Origin: Conexibacter sp.
GTDB taxonomy: Bacteria; Actinomycetota; Thermoleophilia; Solirubrobacterales; Solirubrobacteraceae
NCBI GenBank assembly: GCA_051953595.1
Contig: JBQCIQ010000022.1
Location: forward strand, 1-46,924
DNA length: 46,924 bases
Direction of reading: 5' to 3'
Shown here: positions 28,085-38,332 of the stretch, in pieces
Position numbering within the stretch: position 1 is the first letter of the stretch
How the letters are laid out: every line of letters begins with the position of its first letter
Made by a program: the position numbers and the translations under genes
The notes under the pieces: model-generated
What the model saw: only the letters and a program-made list of their open reading frames with translations
Told to the model about the DNA's origin: nothing
Database searches by the model: none

Positions 28085-29755
28085 TCAGGTGGCGCGTGCC
28101 CGCACATGCGCGGCCCACGGCTGGAAGAGGTACCAGGCGCTGAAGCCCTCGATCGTCACGCGCTTGCCGACCGCCGCGACCTCCTTGGGCCAGTACAGCA
28201 TGCAGGCCGGCACCTGGTCCTGAATGATCTGTGCCGCCTGCTTGGCGAGCGCCAGGCGCTTCGCTCTCTGGTCGCTCGTCGTCGCGAGGTAGGCGTTGAT
28301 CGCCTTGTCGGCCTCTGGGTTCTTGAAGTTGGAGCAGTTCACGGCGTTGGGAACGGCGAACTTGCTGTGGAAGTTGATGTAGTAGATGTCGAACGGGTCG
28401 GGATAGTCGCCCCAGCCCTCGCCGGCGACGAACTGGCCGTCGTGGTTCAGGAAGTCGTGCATGATCGCCGCGGGCTGCGCCTCCTTGACGTTCAAGGTGA
28501 TCCCGATCTGGCGGAGCGCCTCCTGCCAGACGAGGATCGCCTTCCCCATGCGGCCCTGGTCCTGCTGATAGCGGATCGACGCCGAGAAGCCGTTGGGGAC
28601 CTTCGACTTCGCGAGCTCGCTGCGGGCCGCGTCGAGGTTGTAGTCGATCGCCGGCAGCAGCGACGCGTACAGCTGCTCGACCTCCGCTTGCTCCATGCCC
28701 AGGTTGACCCAGAAGAGCGGCGGCACGAAGCCGTTGTGGACCGGTGCGTCGGCCATCCCGTGGAGCACGTTCTTGGCCACGGCGGCCGCGTTGTAGGCGT
28801 GCACCATCGCTCTGCGCACGTGGATGTCGTCGAAGGGCGGGCGCTCGACGTTGAAGTAGACCTGCGCGAGCTGCGCTCCCGGGACGGCGACCAGGCTGAT
28901 GCCGCTTCCCTGCCACGCCGTGGTGTCCTCGATCGGGACCTGCAGCGTCAGGTCGACCTCGCCGGAGCGCAACGCGAGCAGCCGGTCGGCGGCGTCCGGG
29001 ATGAACCGCAGCGTGAAGCGCTCGAGCGGCGGCTTGGGCCCCCAGTAGTGCGGGTTGCGCTCGAAGGTGACGCTCTCGCTCGGCTTGAAGCTGACCACGC
29101 GGTAGGCGCCTGCTCCTACGGGCAGCACCGACCCGGAGCCGATCTTCGCGCCGTATCGCTCGAGCTGACGCCGCGACGTCACCCAGCCCGCGGCATGCGC
29201 CGGGATGTTCGCGAACAGCGAGTTCGGCGTCTTCATGTGAATGACGACCTCATGGTCCCCCACGGCCTCGACCGTCTTCACGTCCGACCACACGAAGCCG
29301 TACTGCGAGCCGGTGGCGGGATCGGCCACGGTGTTCATCGTGAAGGCGACGTCGTCGGCCGTCAGCGGCGACCCGTCCGAGAACTTCAGGCCTGGGCGCA
29401 GGCGATAGCGGTAGGTGAGCAGGTCCGGCTGCTCCCACGACTCCGCCAGGTTCGGCGTCAGCGTTCCGTCCGTGTCCAAGGCCAGCAGGCCGGCGTTCGC
29501 GTTGGAGACGATCGCCGGCTGCGTCGAGCTGCGGATGAAGTCGAGGTTGTCGGCCGGCGCCGGGAACGCGAACGTCGCGTTCGCGATCGGCGCAGCGGTG
29601 CCAGCCGGCGCCACGCCGAGCTTCACCGGACTGGCCGTCGTCTCGCCGCCTCCGCAGGCGGCGAGCAGGCTTGCCGCCGATACGCCGACACCCGCGGCCA
29701 GAGCCCCGCGCAGGATCTCACGCCGACTTAATTGAGCAAGGAACTCATCAGACAC
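28085..29755 (-). CDS. Family 5 ABC substrate-binding lipoprotein with a Tat-type signal
   Basis: Signal SRREILR...LLAAC. Motifs LRPGLKFSDG and VRRAM. Alternative start at 29782. Confidence 0.9.
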   Translation of the reverse strand: MSDEFLAQLSRREILRGALAAGVGVSAASLLAACGGGETTASPVKLGVAPAGTAAPIANATFAFPAPADNLDFIRSSTQPAIVSNANAGLLALDTDGTLTPNLAESWEQPDLLTYRYRLRPGLKFSDGSPLTADDVAFTMNTVADPATGSQYGFVWSDVKTVEAVGDHEVVIHMKTPNSLFANIPAHAAGWVTSRRQLERYGAKIGSGSVLPVGAGAYRVVSFKPSESVTFERNPHYWGPKPPLERFTLRFIPDAADRLLALRSGEVDLTLQVPIEDTTAWQGSGISLVAVPGAQLAQVYFNVERPPFDDIHVRRAMVHAYNAAAVAKNVLHGMADAPVHNGFVPPLFWVNLGMEQAEVEQLYASLLPAIDYNLDAARSELAKSKVPNGFSASIRYQQDQGRMGKAILVWQEALRQIGITLNVKEAQPAAIMHDFLNHDGQFVAGEGWGDYPDPFDIYYINFHSKFAVPNAVNCSNFKNPEADKAINAYLATTSDQRAKRLALAKQAAQIIQDQVPACMLYWPKEVAAVGKRVTIEGFSAWYLFQPWAAHVRARAT

Positions 29756-29795
29756 GACTCCACTCCTCCAAGCGTTGGACATACGGCCACGCCGT

Positions 29796-31622
29796 TCAGA
29801 CAACGTCGGCGGCCGCCAGCCAGTCGCCTTCCGGCGACGGGGTCGAAGCGACGAGGCGCTTCGTGTAGGCGTCATGCGGGGCGTCGAGGATGCGGTCGAT
29901 CGGCCCCACTTCCACGAGCTTCCCTCGGTACAAGACATAGGCACGTTCCACGACCTGGCGAACGACGGCGAGGTCGTGGCTGATGAAGAGGTAGCTCAGC
30001 TCGAGCTCCTCGCGCAGTCGCTTGAGCAGGTTCAGCACCTGCGCCTGGACAGAGACGTCGAGCGCGGAGACCGCCTCGTCGCAGATCAGGACCTTGGGCT
30101 GGACCGCGAGCGCGCGGGCGATCGCGACACGCTGACGCTCGCCGCCCGACAAGGCGACCGGCTTGCGCTTCGCGTACCGCGCCGGCAGCCCGACGAGCTC
30201 CAGCAGATCCTCCGGCGACCGGTGCTCGGCCTCCGGCGGCGCCAGCGCGAGCGCCTCGTCGAGCGTCGCGCCGAGCGTCATCGAAGGGTTGAGCGACGAG
30301 TAGGGGTCCTGGAAGACCATCTGGACCGCGCGTCGAACGCGCAGGCGATCTTGAGCCGGCAGCCGACGCGGCGGGAAGATCTCGACGCCATCCACCACGA
30401 TCGACCCGGAGGTCGGCTGCTCAAGCCCGACCAGGCAGCGCGCGAGCGTCGTCTTGCCCGACCCCGACTCGCCGACGATTCCGACCGACTCGCCGCGCGA
30501 CAACTCGATCGTCACGTCGTCGAGCGCGCGCAGGGCCGTGTCGTCGTCGGACGCGCCGAAGCGCTTGACGAGGCTTCGCACGACGACGAGATGGTCGGCG
30601 TCGCCGACGCTGGTGTCCGCGACGGCGATGCGCGAGCTGACCTCAAGCTGCCGCGCCGCCATCTCCGAGCGGATCTCGTCGACCCGGATGCAGGCGGAGA
30701 GGCGCTCCGGAGCGGACGGCGCGAGCGGCGGCGCGCCTGCGCGGCACGCCTCGGTGGCCCACTCGCAGCGCGAGCTGAAGCGACAGCACTCGGCGACCGA
30801 GTCGGGTGAGGGGACGGACCCGGGGATCGCCTCAAGGGTCTCGAGGCGGCGGTCGCTGGGCGGCTCCGACAGCAGCAGCCCGAGCGAGTACGGGTGCAGC
30901 GGCTCGGCGGCGAGCGCGCCGGCCGGAGCGGCCTCCATCACGCCGCCCGCGTAGAGCACGTAGACGCGATCGGCCATCGAGAACGCGACGCGGAGGTCGT
31001 GCGTGATGAGGATCAGCCCCATGCCGCGCGCCGCTTGAAGCCGACGCAGCAGCAGCAGGATCTCCTTCTGCGTCGTCACGTCGAGCGCGGTCGTGGGCTC
31101 GTCCGCGATCACGAGCTGGGGATCCTTCGCGAGCGCCGCCGCGATCCCGACGCGCTGGCGCATGCCGCCCGAGAGCTGGAACGGGTAGCGGCGCGCCACT
31201 GACGGCTCTCCGATGCCCACCTCGCCGAGCCGACGGGCGACCTCCGCCGCCTTCTCGGTCCGCGTGCGCGCCGTGCCGTCAAGGCTCTCGGCGATGTGCT
31301 GGCCCGCTCTCATCAACGGGTTGAGCATCGTGAACGGGTCCTGGAGGACCATCGCGATCTCGCGGCCGCGCAGCTGCCGCAGCTCCGACTCCGCCAGGCC
31401 GAGCAGGTTCCGCCCGCCGAAGCGCACCGTGCCTTCGCCGCTCATGCCCTTCGGCAGCAGGCCCATCACCGCGCGGGTCGTCAGCGACTTGCCGCTGCCC
31501 GACTCGCCGACGATCGCGACCGTCTCGCCGGGTCCGACGGCGAGGTCGACGCCGTCGACGAGGATCTGGCCGTTCGCCCGCCGGATCCGCAGATCCGCGA
31601 TCTCGAGCAGGGGTCCGCTCAT
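29796..31622 (-). CDS. Fused two-domain Opp/Dpp ABC ATPase
   Basis: Two GESGSGK Walker A motifs and two LSGG signatures. Confidence 0.93.
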   Translation of the reverse strand: MSGPLLEIADLRIRRANGQILVDGVDLAVGPGETVAIVGESGSGKSLTTRAVMGLLPKGMSGEGTVRFGGRNLLGLAESELRQLRGREIAMVLQDPFTMLNPLMRAGQHIAESLDGTARTRTEKAAEVARRLGEVGIGEPSVARRYPFQLSGGMRQRVGIAAALAKDPQLVIADEPTTALDVTTQKEILLLLRRLQAARGMGLILITHDLRVAFSMADRVYVLYAGGVMEAAPAGALAAEPLHPYSLGLLLSEPPSDRRLETLEAIPGSVPSPDSVAECCRFSSRCEWATEACRAGAPPLAPSAPERLSACIRVDEIRSEMAARQLEVSSRIAVADTSVGDADHLVVVRSLVKRFGASDDDTALRALDDVTIELSRGESVGIVGESGSGKTTLARCLVGLEQPTSGSIVVDGVEIFPPRRLPAQDRLRVRRAVQMVFQDPYSSLNPSMTLGATLDEALALAPPEAEHRSPEDLLELVGLPARYAKRKPVALSGGERQRVAIARALAVQPKVLICDEAVSALDVSVQAQVLNLLKRLREELELSYLFISHDLAVVRQVVERAYVLYRGKLVEVGPIDRILDAPHDAYTKRLVASTPSPEGDWLAAADVV

Positions 31623-32512
31623 CCCGTCCGCCCCCGGTCGTGGAAGCGCTCGTAGACCCAGTTGCCGATGAGGTCCATGCCGGCGGCCAGGACGACGATC
31701 GCCAGCGCGGGTCCGAGCGCCGTCCACGGGTTCTCGAACAGCGAGACGCGGCTCTCCGCGAGCATGCGGCCCCAGTCGGCGGTGCCGGGCCCGGCGCCGA
31801 TGCCGAGATAGGAGAAGGAGGCGAGCGCGACGAGGCTGCCCGCGAAGGTGAGGAACGCCTGGGCGACGCTGAACGGCAGGACGTTCGGAAGGATGTGGCG
31901 GAACACGATCCGCCGGCGCGAGACGCCCAGCGTGCGCGCCGCCTCGATGTACGGCAGCGAGCGCTGCTCCGCCGCCCCTGCACGCGCGATGCGCGTGTCG
32001 TAGGGAGCGCTGAAGAGCACGAGGATCGCGACCGCCAGCGCGTAGCCGCCGCCGATGACGCCGGCGATCACCAGCGCGACCAGCAGCGGCGGCAGCGTGT
32101 ACATGAAGTCCACCCAGCGCATCACGACGGCGTCCGTGCGCCCCCCGAGGTAGCCGGAGACGAGGCCCAGGACGTTGCCGATGGTCGCGGCGCCCAGCGC
32201 GATCACCAGCGGGCCGATGACGGCGGCTCGCGCACCTGCGACGACGCGCGAGAAGACGTCGCGCCCCAGCGCGTCGGTGCCGAACAGATGCCCGCTCGAG
32301 GGACCGGCCAGCGCGTGCACGAGGTCCTGCGCGGACGGGTCCACCGGCGCGACCGCGTCGCCGAGCAGGCCGGCGAGCATGATGATGCCCACCGCCGCCA
32401 TCGCGACCTTCACGAGCAGCGGGATGCCGCCGCCGCGCAGGCTCCGTGCCCGCAGCGCCGTCGGCAGCACGCCGCGCCCGGGCCTGCGCACGAGTCGACC
32501 GGAGGCGCCCAC
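31619..32512 (-). CDS. Opp/Dpp-family ABC permease (C-type)
   Basis: Motifs HLFGTDALGRD, YIEAARTLG and DWGRML. GTG overlaps the upstream stop. Confidence 0.9.
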   Translation of the reverse strand: MGASGRLVRRPGRGVLPTALRARSLRGGGIPLLVKVAMAAVGIIMLAGLLGDAVAPVDPSAQDLVHALAGPSSGHLFGTDALGRDVFSRVVAGARAAVIGPLVIALGAATIGNVLGLVSGYLGGRTDAVVMRWVDFMYTLPPLLVALVIAGVIGGGYALAVAILVLFSAPYDTRIARAGAAEQRSLPYIEAARTLGVSRRRIVFRHILPNVLPFSVAQAFLTFAGSLVALASFSYLGIGAGPGTADWGRMLAESRVSLFENPWTALGPALAIVVLAAGMDLIGNWVYERFHDRGRTG

Positions 32513-33483
32513 TAGCTCGCCCCCTGGAAGCCGACGCGCGGGTCGACGAGCCGATACAGCAGGTCGGTCACGGCGTTGACCGCGACGATCAGGAATCCGA
32601 ACACCATCGTGCAGCCCTGCACGGTCGGGATGTCCTTCGTGTTGACCGACTCGACCAGCAGCGAGCCGATGCCCGGAAGCCCGAACGTGACCTCGACGAG
32701 CACGGCGGCCGTCAGCGTGTAGCCGAGCAGGATGCCGCCGGCCGTGATCACCGGGATCAACGCGTTCCGGACGGCGTAGAGCGGCAGGATGCGCCGGGCG
32801 GGGATGCCGCGCGCAAGCGCGAAGACGATGTAGTCCTGGCTCAACGAGCGCACCATCCCCGCGCGCGTGAGCTTCACGACGAGCGCCATGGCCGTGATCG
32901 CGAGGGCGATCGCGGGAAGCGTCAGGTGCCAGAGCCGGTCGAGCCCGCCCGACCCGGCGCCCGAGACGGGGAACCACGCGAGCTGGAGGCCGAGGAAGTA
33001 GATCAGGATCAGCCCGGCGGTGAACGCGGGCGTGCTCACGCCGGCGATGCTGAAGCCGACGACGAGGCGATCGGCGAGCTGCCGCTCCCTCAGCGCGGCG
33101 AGGATCCCGAGCGGCACGCCGCAGACCATCGCGATCAGGAAGCCCAGCAGGCCCAGCTCAAGCGTCAGGCCCAGGCGCGAGAAGAGCACCGACGAGACCG
33201 ACTGGCTGCTGCCGATCGCGGTGCCGAAGTCGAGCGTCACCGCCCCCTTCAGCCACAGCCAGTACTGCACGAGGAACGGGTCGTTGAGGTGGTGCTGGGC
33301 CTCGATCGTCGCCACGGTCGCGGGAGTGGCCGGGCGGGCACCGAGGAAGATGCGGACCGGATCGCCCGGCGCGAGCTGCAGGAGCGCGAAGACGACGAAC
33401 GACAGCGCCAGGAGGACGCCGACCATCGCGGCCAGGCGACGCGCAGCGAAGGCCGTGAGCTCGCGTCCGTTCACGACGGCCAC
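32512..33483 (-). CDS. Opp/Dpp-family ABC permease (B-type)
   Basis: Motifs PGDP, LDFG, EVTFGLPGIG and DPR. Confidence 0.92.
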   Translation of the reverse strand: MAVVNGRELTAFAARRLAAMVGVLLALSFVVFALLQLAPGDPVRIFLGARPATPATVATIEAQHHLNDPFLVQYWLWLKGAVTLDFGTAIGSSQSVSSVLFSRLGLTLELGLLGFLIAMVCGVPLGILAALRERQLADRLVVGFSIAGVSTPAFTAGLILIYFLGLQLAWFPVSGAGSGGLDRLWHLTLPAIALAITAMALVVKLTRAGMVRSLSQDYIVFALARGIPARRILPLYAVRNALIPVITAGGILLGYTLTAAVLVEVTFGLPGIGSLLVESVNTKDIPTVQGCTMVFGFLIVAVNAVTDLLYRLVDPRVGFQGAS

Positions 33484-33520
33484 ACCATCGGGAGGCTCTC
33501 CTCACCCATGGGTGACACTT

Positions 33521-33562
33521 GATCATCGGACACTTTCTAAGTCAAGGTATCAATGTAGTACC
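33521..33562 (-). promoter_or_regulatory. Conserved promoter/operator element, copy 3
   Basis: + strand GAtCATCGGACActttctaaGTCAAGGTATCAATgtAGTACC. Confidence 0.75.
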
Positions 33563-33605
33563 GTCACAGTAAGGATTAGCTACCGTGGAGTTACGCGAGG
33601 TGCAG

Positions 33606-34724
33606 TCAGGTCAAGATGGCCGTGTCGAGCCTGCGGTACGGGACGACGCAGGGGTTGCCGTCGGCGAGCAGCAGCTCCCGCGTCGACGGCACCATGATCA
33701 ACGACAGGCACGTCGGGCAGCGCTCGAGCTCCGGCAGGTCCGGATCCTCGTGGGTGCAGACGCTGTGCGGATAGCCGACGTGGTCGGAGAGCGCACGTTG
33801 CAGGTCGGCTACCCAGACCTCTCCGCCGCCCGCGCGTGCCGCCGCCGCCACGCGGTCGGCGCGGAAGACGCTGGTGTCGGTCAGCTCGCGCGGCTCCCCG
33901 GCGCGCTCGGGCGGCACCGCCACGCAGTGGTTGGCATGCCGCAGCAGCCCGTCCGCCTCGGCCGGCGCGTCGACCGTCGGCACGGTGTCCGTCGGCCCCG
34001 CCCACGCCTCGACGTCGACGAGGTCCCCCGCGGCCGTCCCGAGCAGGTAGTTGCCCGTGGCCGCCCGCCGCGGGGCGCGCACGAGCGCGGTCCGGGCCGC
34101 GGCGAGCGAGTCGGCCTCCAGCAGCGCGCGCAGCAGCACGTGGTACGGAACCCCGGGCGTTCCGTCGTCGTGCACGGTGGCGATGCCGTTGGTGACGAGC
34201 GCCAGTCCCGCCGCGTTCATCCCAGCCTTTGCGAGCAGCCCGGCCTCGACGACGGTGACGAAGCTGGGCCCGTCGTCCGGGACGGCGGCCAGCACGACCA
34301 CCGTCTGGCGGCAGTGCGCGTAGTAGTCCCAGTTCTGTCCGACGATCACGTCGCCGTCTGCCCGGCGGGCGCCCAGCGACGTGCACTCCGCTGGACCGGC
34401 CACCGTGGGCGCAAGGCCCAGCACCCGCGCCGAGTTGATGATCTCGGTCCGGATGTTGAGTGCGACCAGGTCCAGCAGCGACAGGCCGCTGCCCGCCGCG
34501 ATCCCCTCCAGCTCCTGGAGGTAGCGCGGGTCGTACGCCTCGATCGGCTCGACATAGGCGCGCGCTCGTTCGCACGCGGCCGCCCAGTCGATGCGGGCGT
34601 GGTAGGCGTAGAGCGCGGCGTAGCGCTCGACCGATCGGCGGATCCGGCCGGCCACAGCGCGTCCGTACTGCTCCCCCCGCGCGCGCGCGGAGCCGGCGAC
34701 CTCGACCAACGGGTAGTGCGACAC
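33606..34724 (-). CDS. Peptidase C45 family Ntn-hydrolase (isopenicillin-N acyltransferase-like)
   Basis: Motifs RGEQYG, LNIRTE, ECTS autocleavage cysteine, GQNWD, GMNAAGL and HANH. Confidence 0.9.
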   Translation of the reverse strand: MSHYPLVEVAGSARARGEQYGRAVAGRIRRSVERYAALYAYHARIDWAAACERARAYVEPIEAYDPRYLQELEGIAAGSGLSLLDLVALNIRTEIINSARVLGLAPTVAGPAECTSLGARRADGDVIVGQNWDYYAHCRQTVVVLAAVPDDGPSFVTVVEAGLLAKAGMNAAGLALVTNGIATVHDDGTPGVPYHVLLRALLEADSLAAARTALVRAPRRAATGNYLLGTAAGDLVDVEAWAGPTDTVPTVDAPAEADGLLRHANHCVAVPPERAGEPRELTDTSVFRADRVAAAARAGGGEVWVADLQRALSDHVGYPHSVCTHEDPDLPELERCPTCLSLIMVPSTRELLLADGNPCVVPYRRLDTAILT

Positions 34725-34738
34725 GCAGTCCTCGATGC

Positions 34739-36409
34739 CTAGGGGTGGAACGGCCGGTCGAGGCTCGGGCGCGGCGCGCGCCGGGGCGTGATGCCGCCGG
34801 CGTCGAGCAGCGCCCGGGAGTACGCCTCGGCCGGACCGTCGAAGAATGGATCGGCCGGACCGCGCTCGACGACGGCCCCCTGGCGCAGCACGACGACCTC
34901 GTCCGCCAGCACGCGCACGACGCCGAGGTCGTGGGTGACGAGCACGCACGCGAAGCCGCGCTCGTCCTGCAGGCGCAGCAGCAGGTTGAGGACCTGTGCC
35001 TGCACCGACACGTCGAGTGCAGAGGTCGGCTCGTCGCACACGAGCACGCTCGGCTCCGCTGCCAGCGCCCGTGCGATGACGATCCGCTGGAGCTGGCCGC
35101 CGCTGAACGCGCTCGGACGCTGACCGCGGCGATCTGGATCGATCCCGACCGCCGCCAGCGCGTCCGCGACGCGCTGGGCGCGCTCGCGGCGACGGGCGCC
35201 GGCCAGCGGCTCGCCGACGCTGACGCCGATCGGCAGCAGCGGGTTGAGCGCGTTGAGCGGATGCTGGAAGACCATCTGCACCGGCGAGCGCCGTCCTGCG
35301 CGCAGGCGATGCGGGCTGCCGTCGACGAGCACGCGGCCGCCGTTCGGCGCCTCCAGGCCCGCGATGATCCGCGCGAGCGTCGACTTGCCGGCCCCGCTCT
35401 CGCCCACGATCGCGACCGTCTGTCCGGCGTCGACACGCAGCGAGATCGGCTCCAGCGCGGCGCTCGCCATGCCGGCGTAGCGGCGCGACACGTCGTCGAC
35501 TTCGAGCGCGGGCGCGCTCGAAGCTGCGGTCGCGGTTCGCTGCGCCGGACGCCGGCCGGCGACCGGGCGCTCACCGCCGGCCGAGCGCGCGGCTGCTGCG
35601 CCGCGGACCGGCAGCGGACAACGCCGGCGCGCGTCGGGGCCGATCGCCGCCGAGAGCAGCATGCGCGTGTACTTCTGCTGCGGGTCGCCGAAGACCCGGT
35701 CGGTGGGCCCGGCCTCGACGACGCGGCCGTCGTGCATCACGAGCAGCCGGTCGCAGAAGCGCCCGACCAGGGCCAGGTCATGCGACACGAGCACGACCGC
35801 AGCGCGCTGCTCGCGGGCCAGCTCGCGCAGCAGTCTGAGCACAGCGATGCGGACCGTGGCGTCGAGCGCAGAGGTCGGCTCGTCGACGACGAGCACCTTC
35901 GGGTGCGACATGAGCGCCGCACCGATCGTCACGCGCTGGGCCATCCCGCCGCTGAGCTGATGCGGATAGAGCCCCAGCACCTCGTCCGGGTTGGGGAACC
36001 CGAGCCGAGCCAGCAGCTCCCGGGCGCGCAGGAGCGCGGCGTCGTCGTCGAGCAGACGGAGGTGCCGCACGCCCTCCACGAGCTGCGTCCGCACGCGCGC
36101 CAGCGGGTTGAGCGCCGTCATCGGATGCTGCAGCACGACTGCGAGGTCGCGGCCGAGCCGCGCGCGCGTGGCGGCGCCACCGATCGGCAGGACCTCGTCG
36201 TCGAGGACCAGGGAGCCGGCGGCGCGCACGTTGGGCGGCAGCAGCCCGAGCAGCGCGCGGGAGGTCATCGTCTTGCCGGCGCCGGTCTCGCCGACGATCC
36301 CCAGCAGCCCACCCGCCTCGACGGACAGCCCGACGTCGTGGACGAGCGTGCGCGAGCCGCGCTCGGTGGCGGCGATGACCGTCAGTCTGCGCAGTTCGAC
36401 GCGCGTCAT
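34739..36409 (-). CDS. Fused two-domain Opp/Dpp ABC ATPase
   Basis: GETGAGKT/LSGGMAQR and GESGAGKST/FSGGQLQR. Confidence 0.92.
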   Translation of the reverse strand: MTRVELRRLTVIAATERGSRTLVHDVGLSVEAGGLLGIVGETGAGKTMTSRALLGLLPPNVRAAGSLVLDDEVLPIGGAATRARLGRDLAVVLQHPMTALNPLARVRTQLVEGVRHLRLLDDDAALLRARELLARLGFPNPDEVLGLYPHQLSGGMAQRVTIGAALMSHPKVLVVDEPTSALDATVRIAVLRLLRELAREQRAAVVLVSHDLALVGRFCDRLLVMHDGRVVEAGPTDRVFGDPQQKYTRMLLSAAIGPDARRRCPLPVRGAAAARSAGGERPVAGRRPAQRTATAASSAPALEVDDVSRRYAGMASAALEPISLRVDAGQTVAIVGESGAGKSTLARIIAGLEAPNGGRVLVDGSPHRLRAGRRSPVQMVFQHPLNALNPLLPIGVSVGEPLAGARRRERAQRVADALAAVGIDPDRRGQRPSAFSGGQLQRIVIARALAAEPSVLVCDEPTSALDVSVQAQVLNLLLRLQDERGFACVLVTHDLGVVRVLADEVVVLRQGAVVERGPADPFFDGPAEAYSRALLDAGGITPRRAPRPSLDRPFHP

Positions 36410-37299
36410 CGGCGGGTCGGCTCCACGTCGTCGTGCAGGCGGTCGCGCAGTCCGTCGCCGATCAGGTTGGCCGCCATCACCAGGAGCGCCACCGCGATCC
36501 CCGGGAAGATGACCACCCACCACGCCTCATGCATCGTCGCGCGGCCGTCGTTGATCAAGAAGCCCAGCGAGTTGAGCGGCGGGCGCACGCCGAGGCCGAC
36601 GAAGCTGAGCGCCGACTCCCACAAGATCGCGTAGCCGGCCTGCAGCGACCCGATCACCAGGCTGGTGCCGCCCACCGCCCGGAACAGATGCCGGAAGATC
36701 ACCCTCCGGCGGGTCGCGCCCGCAAGCCGTGCCGCGGCCACGTACGCCTTCTCGCGCTCGACCTGGATCACGTTGCGGGCGAGCCGCGCGTACGCGATCC
36801 AGCTCACCGCCGCGAGCAGCAGCACCAGTCCGACCGGGCCGGGCCGCGCGACCGCGGCCGCGGAGATGAACAGCAGCAGGGGAGGCACCGCCAGCTCGAG
36901 GTCGACGACGCGCATCACGAGCGTGTCGGCCCAGCGGCCCAGGTATCCGGCGCACAGCCCGGCAGTGATGCCGACGAAGGCCGACAGCGCGACGACGCCG
37001 ACCGCGATCGCGAGCGAGACCCAGATCCCTGCGCTGATCCACGCCAGCACGTCGCGCCCGAGCGCGTCCGTGCCGAGCAGGTGGCCGGCGCTGCCGGGCC
37101 TCGCGAAGGCGACCGCCAGGTCCTGACGGTTCGGGTCGGGCAGCGTGACCCATCCGAGGACACCCACCGCGAGCAAAGCTCCCAGCAGCGCCAGGCCGGT
37201 GCGCAGGCTGAAGTTGCGGGCCGTCGCGCGCGAGCGTCTGCGCCAGCGCGCGCGGCCGAGGCGCGCTCCGTGTGCTGCCGTCGTGGTCACCGTGCGCAC
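36406..37299 (-). CDS. Opp/Dpp-family ABC permease (C-type)
   Basis: Motifs HLLGTDALGRD and WWVVIFPG. Confidence 0.92.
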   Translation of the reverse strand: MRTVTTTAAHGARLGRARWRRRSRATARNFSLRTGLALLGALLAVGVLGWVTLPDPNRQDLAVAFARPGSAGHLLGTDALGRDVLAWISAGIWVSLAIAVGVVALSAFVGITAGLCAGYLGRWADTLVMRVVDLELAVPPLLLFISAAAVARPGPVGLVLLLAAVSWIAYARLARNVIQVEREKAYVAAARLAGATRRRVIFRHLFRAVGGTSLVIGSLQAGYAILWESALSFVGLGVRPPLNSLGFLINDGRATMHEAWWVVIFPGIAVALLVMAANLIGDGLRDRLHDDVEPTRR

Positions 37300-37300
37300 C

Positions 37301-38317
37301 TCAGGAGCGACGCCCGGACAGCCGGACGCGCGGGTCGATCGCCATCACGAACAGGTCCACGAGCAGGTTCACCACGACATACGCGCAGGCGACCAGCACC
37401 ACCGTCGCCTGGATCACCGCCAGGTCGCGGGCGCGCACCGCGTCCATCAGCCCAAACCCGACCCCGGGCCACGCGAAGACCACCTCGACGATCAACGTCC
37501 CGCCCACCAGCCAGCCGACCTGCAAGCCGAACAGGGTCGCGAACGGGATCAGCGAGTTCTTGAGCCCCTGGTGCGTGAAGATGTGCCGATCGCTGAAGCC
37601 CTTCGCGCGCAGCGACGTCACCATGTCGCTGCGCGCGGTCTCCAGCAGCGACGCGCGCAGCACGCGGACGAACGCAGGCACGATCGCGGCGGCGATGCTG
37701 ATCGTCGGCAGCACGAGCGACGCCGGTGAGTCGAAGCCGATGCTCGGCAGCCAGCCCAGGCCGACCGCGAACAGCAGCACCAGCAGCAGGGCGAGCCAGT
37801 ACTCCGGCATCGCGCCGATGAAGATCAGCGCACGGCGGACGCCGCGGTCGACCGGCGACTCGCGGTGCAGCACGCTGTAGACCGCGATCGGGATCGTGAC
37901 GAGCAGCGAGCCGCCGACCGCGAGCGCGATCAGCAGCGCGGTGTCCGGAAACGCCTCGAGCACCGTCGCGAGAGCGGACCGCCCGGTCCGGTACGAGGTC
38001 CCCAGATCCCCGTGCAGCGCACCGGCGAGATACGAGCCGAGCCGCGCGAGCAGCGGCCGGTCGTAGCCGAGCTGGTGCGCGAGGTCGGCACGCTGCTGCG
38101 GGTTGAGGTCGGCGCCCATGACGTCGACTGGGCTGCCCGCCAGGTTGACGAGCAGGAAGGAGATCAGCACCGCGCCGAGGACCACGAAGAGGCCCTGCGC
38201 GAGCCGCCCACACACGTACCGCGCCAGCGGCGATGCGCGCCGCCGCAGCGCCGACCCGAGCGGCGGGCGCGACACGCCTTCCACCGCGCCCGCGTCGATC
38301 GTCTCTGCCACGCTCAT
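37301..38317 (-). CDS. Opp/Dpp-family ABC permease (B-type)
   Basis: Motifs GDLGTSY, RAKGFS, EVVFAWPGVG and DPR. Confidence 0.92.
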   Translation of the reverse strand: MSVAETIDAGAVEGVSRPPLGSALRRRASPLARYVCGRLAQGLFVVLGAVLISFLLVNLAGSPVDVMGADLNPQQRADLAHQLGYDRPLLARLGSYLAGALHGDLGTSYRTGRSALATVLEAFPDTALLIALAVGGSLLVTIPIAVYSVLHRESPVDRGVRRALIFIGAMPEYWLALLLVLLFAVGLGWLPSIGFDSPASLVLPTISIAAAIVPAFVRVLRASLLETARSDMVTSLRAKGFSDRHIFTHQGLKNSLIPFATLFGLQVGWLVGGTLIVEVVFAWPGVGFGLMDAVRARDLAVIQATVVLVACAYVVVNLLVDLFVMAIDPRVRLSGRRS

Positions 38318-38332
38318 GCTCGCTGCGCCCGC

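Noticed and set aside
33606-34724. Beta-lactam biosynthesis or resistance cluster (C45 acyltransferase-like gene plus the beta-lactamase-fold gene at 24258)
   Set aside because: There is no ACV synthetase or IPNS. The serine hydrolase lacks a signal peptide and resembles family VIII esterases. The context is importer-linked catabolism.
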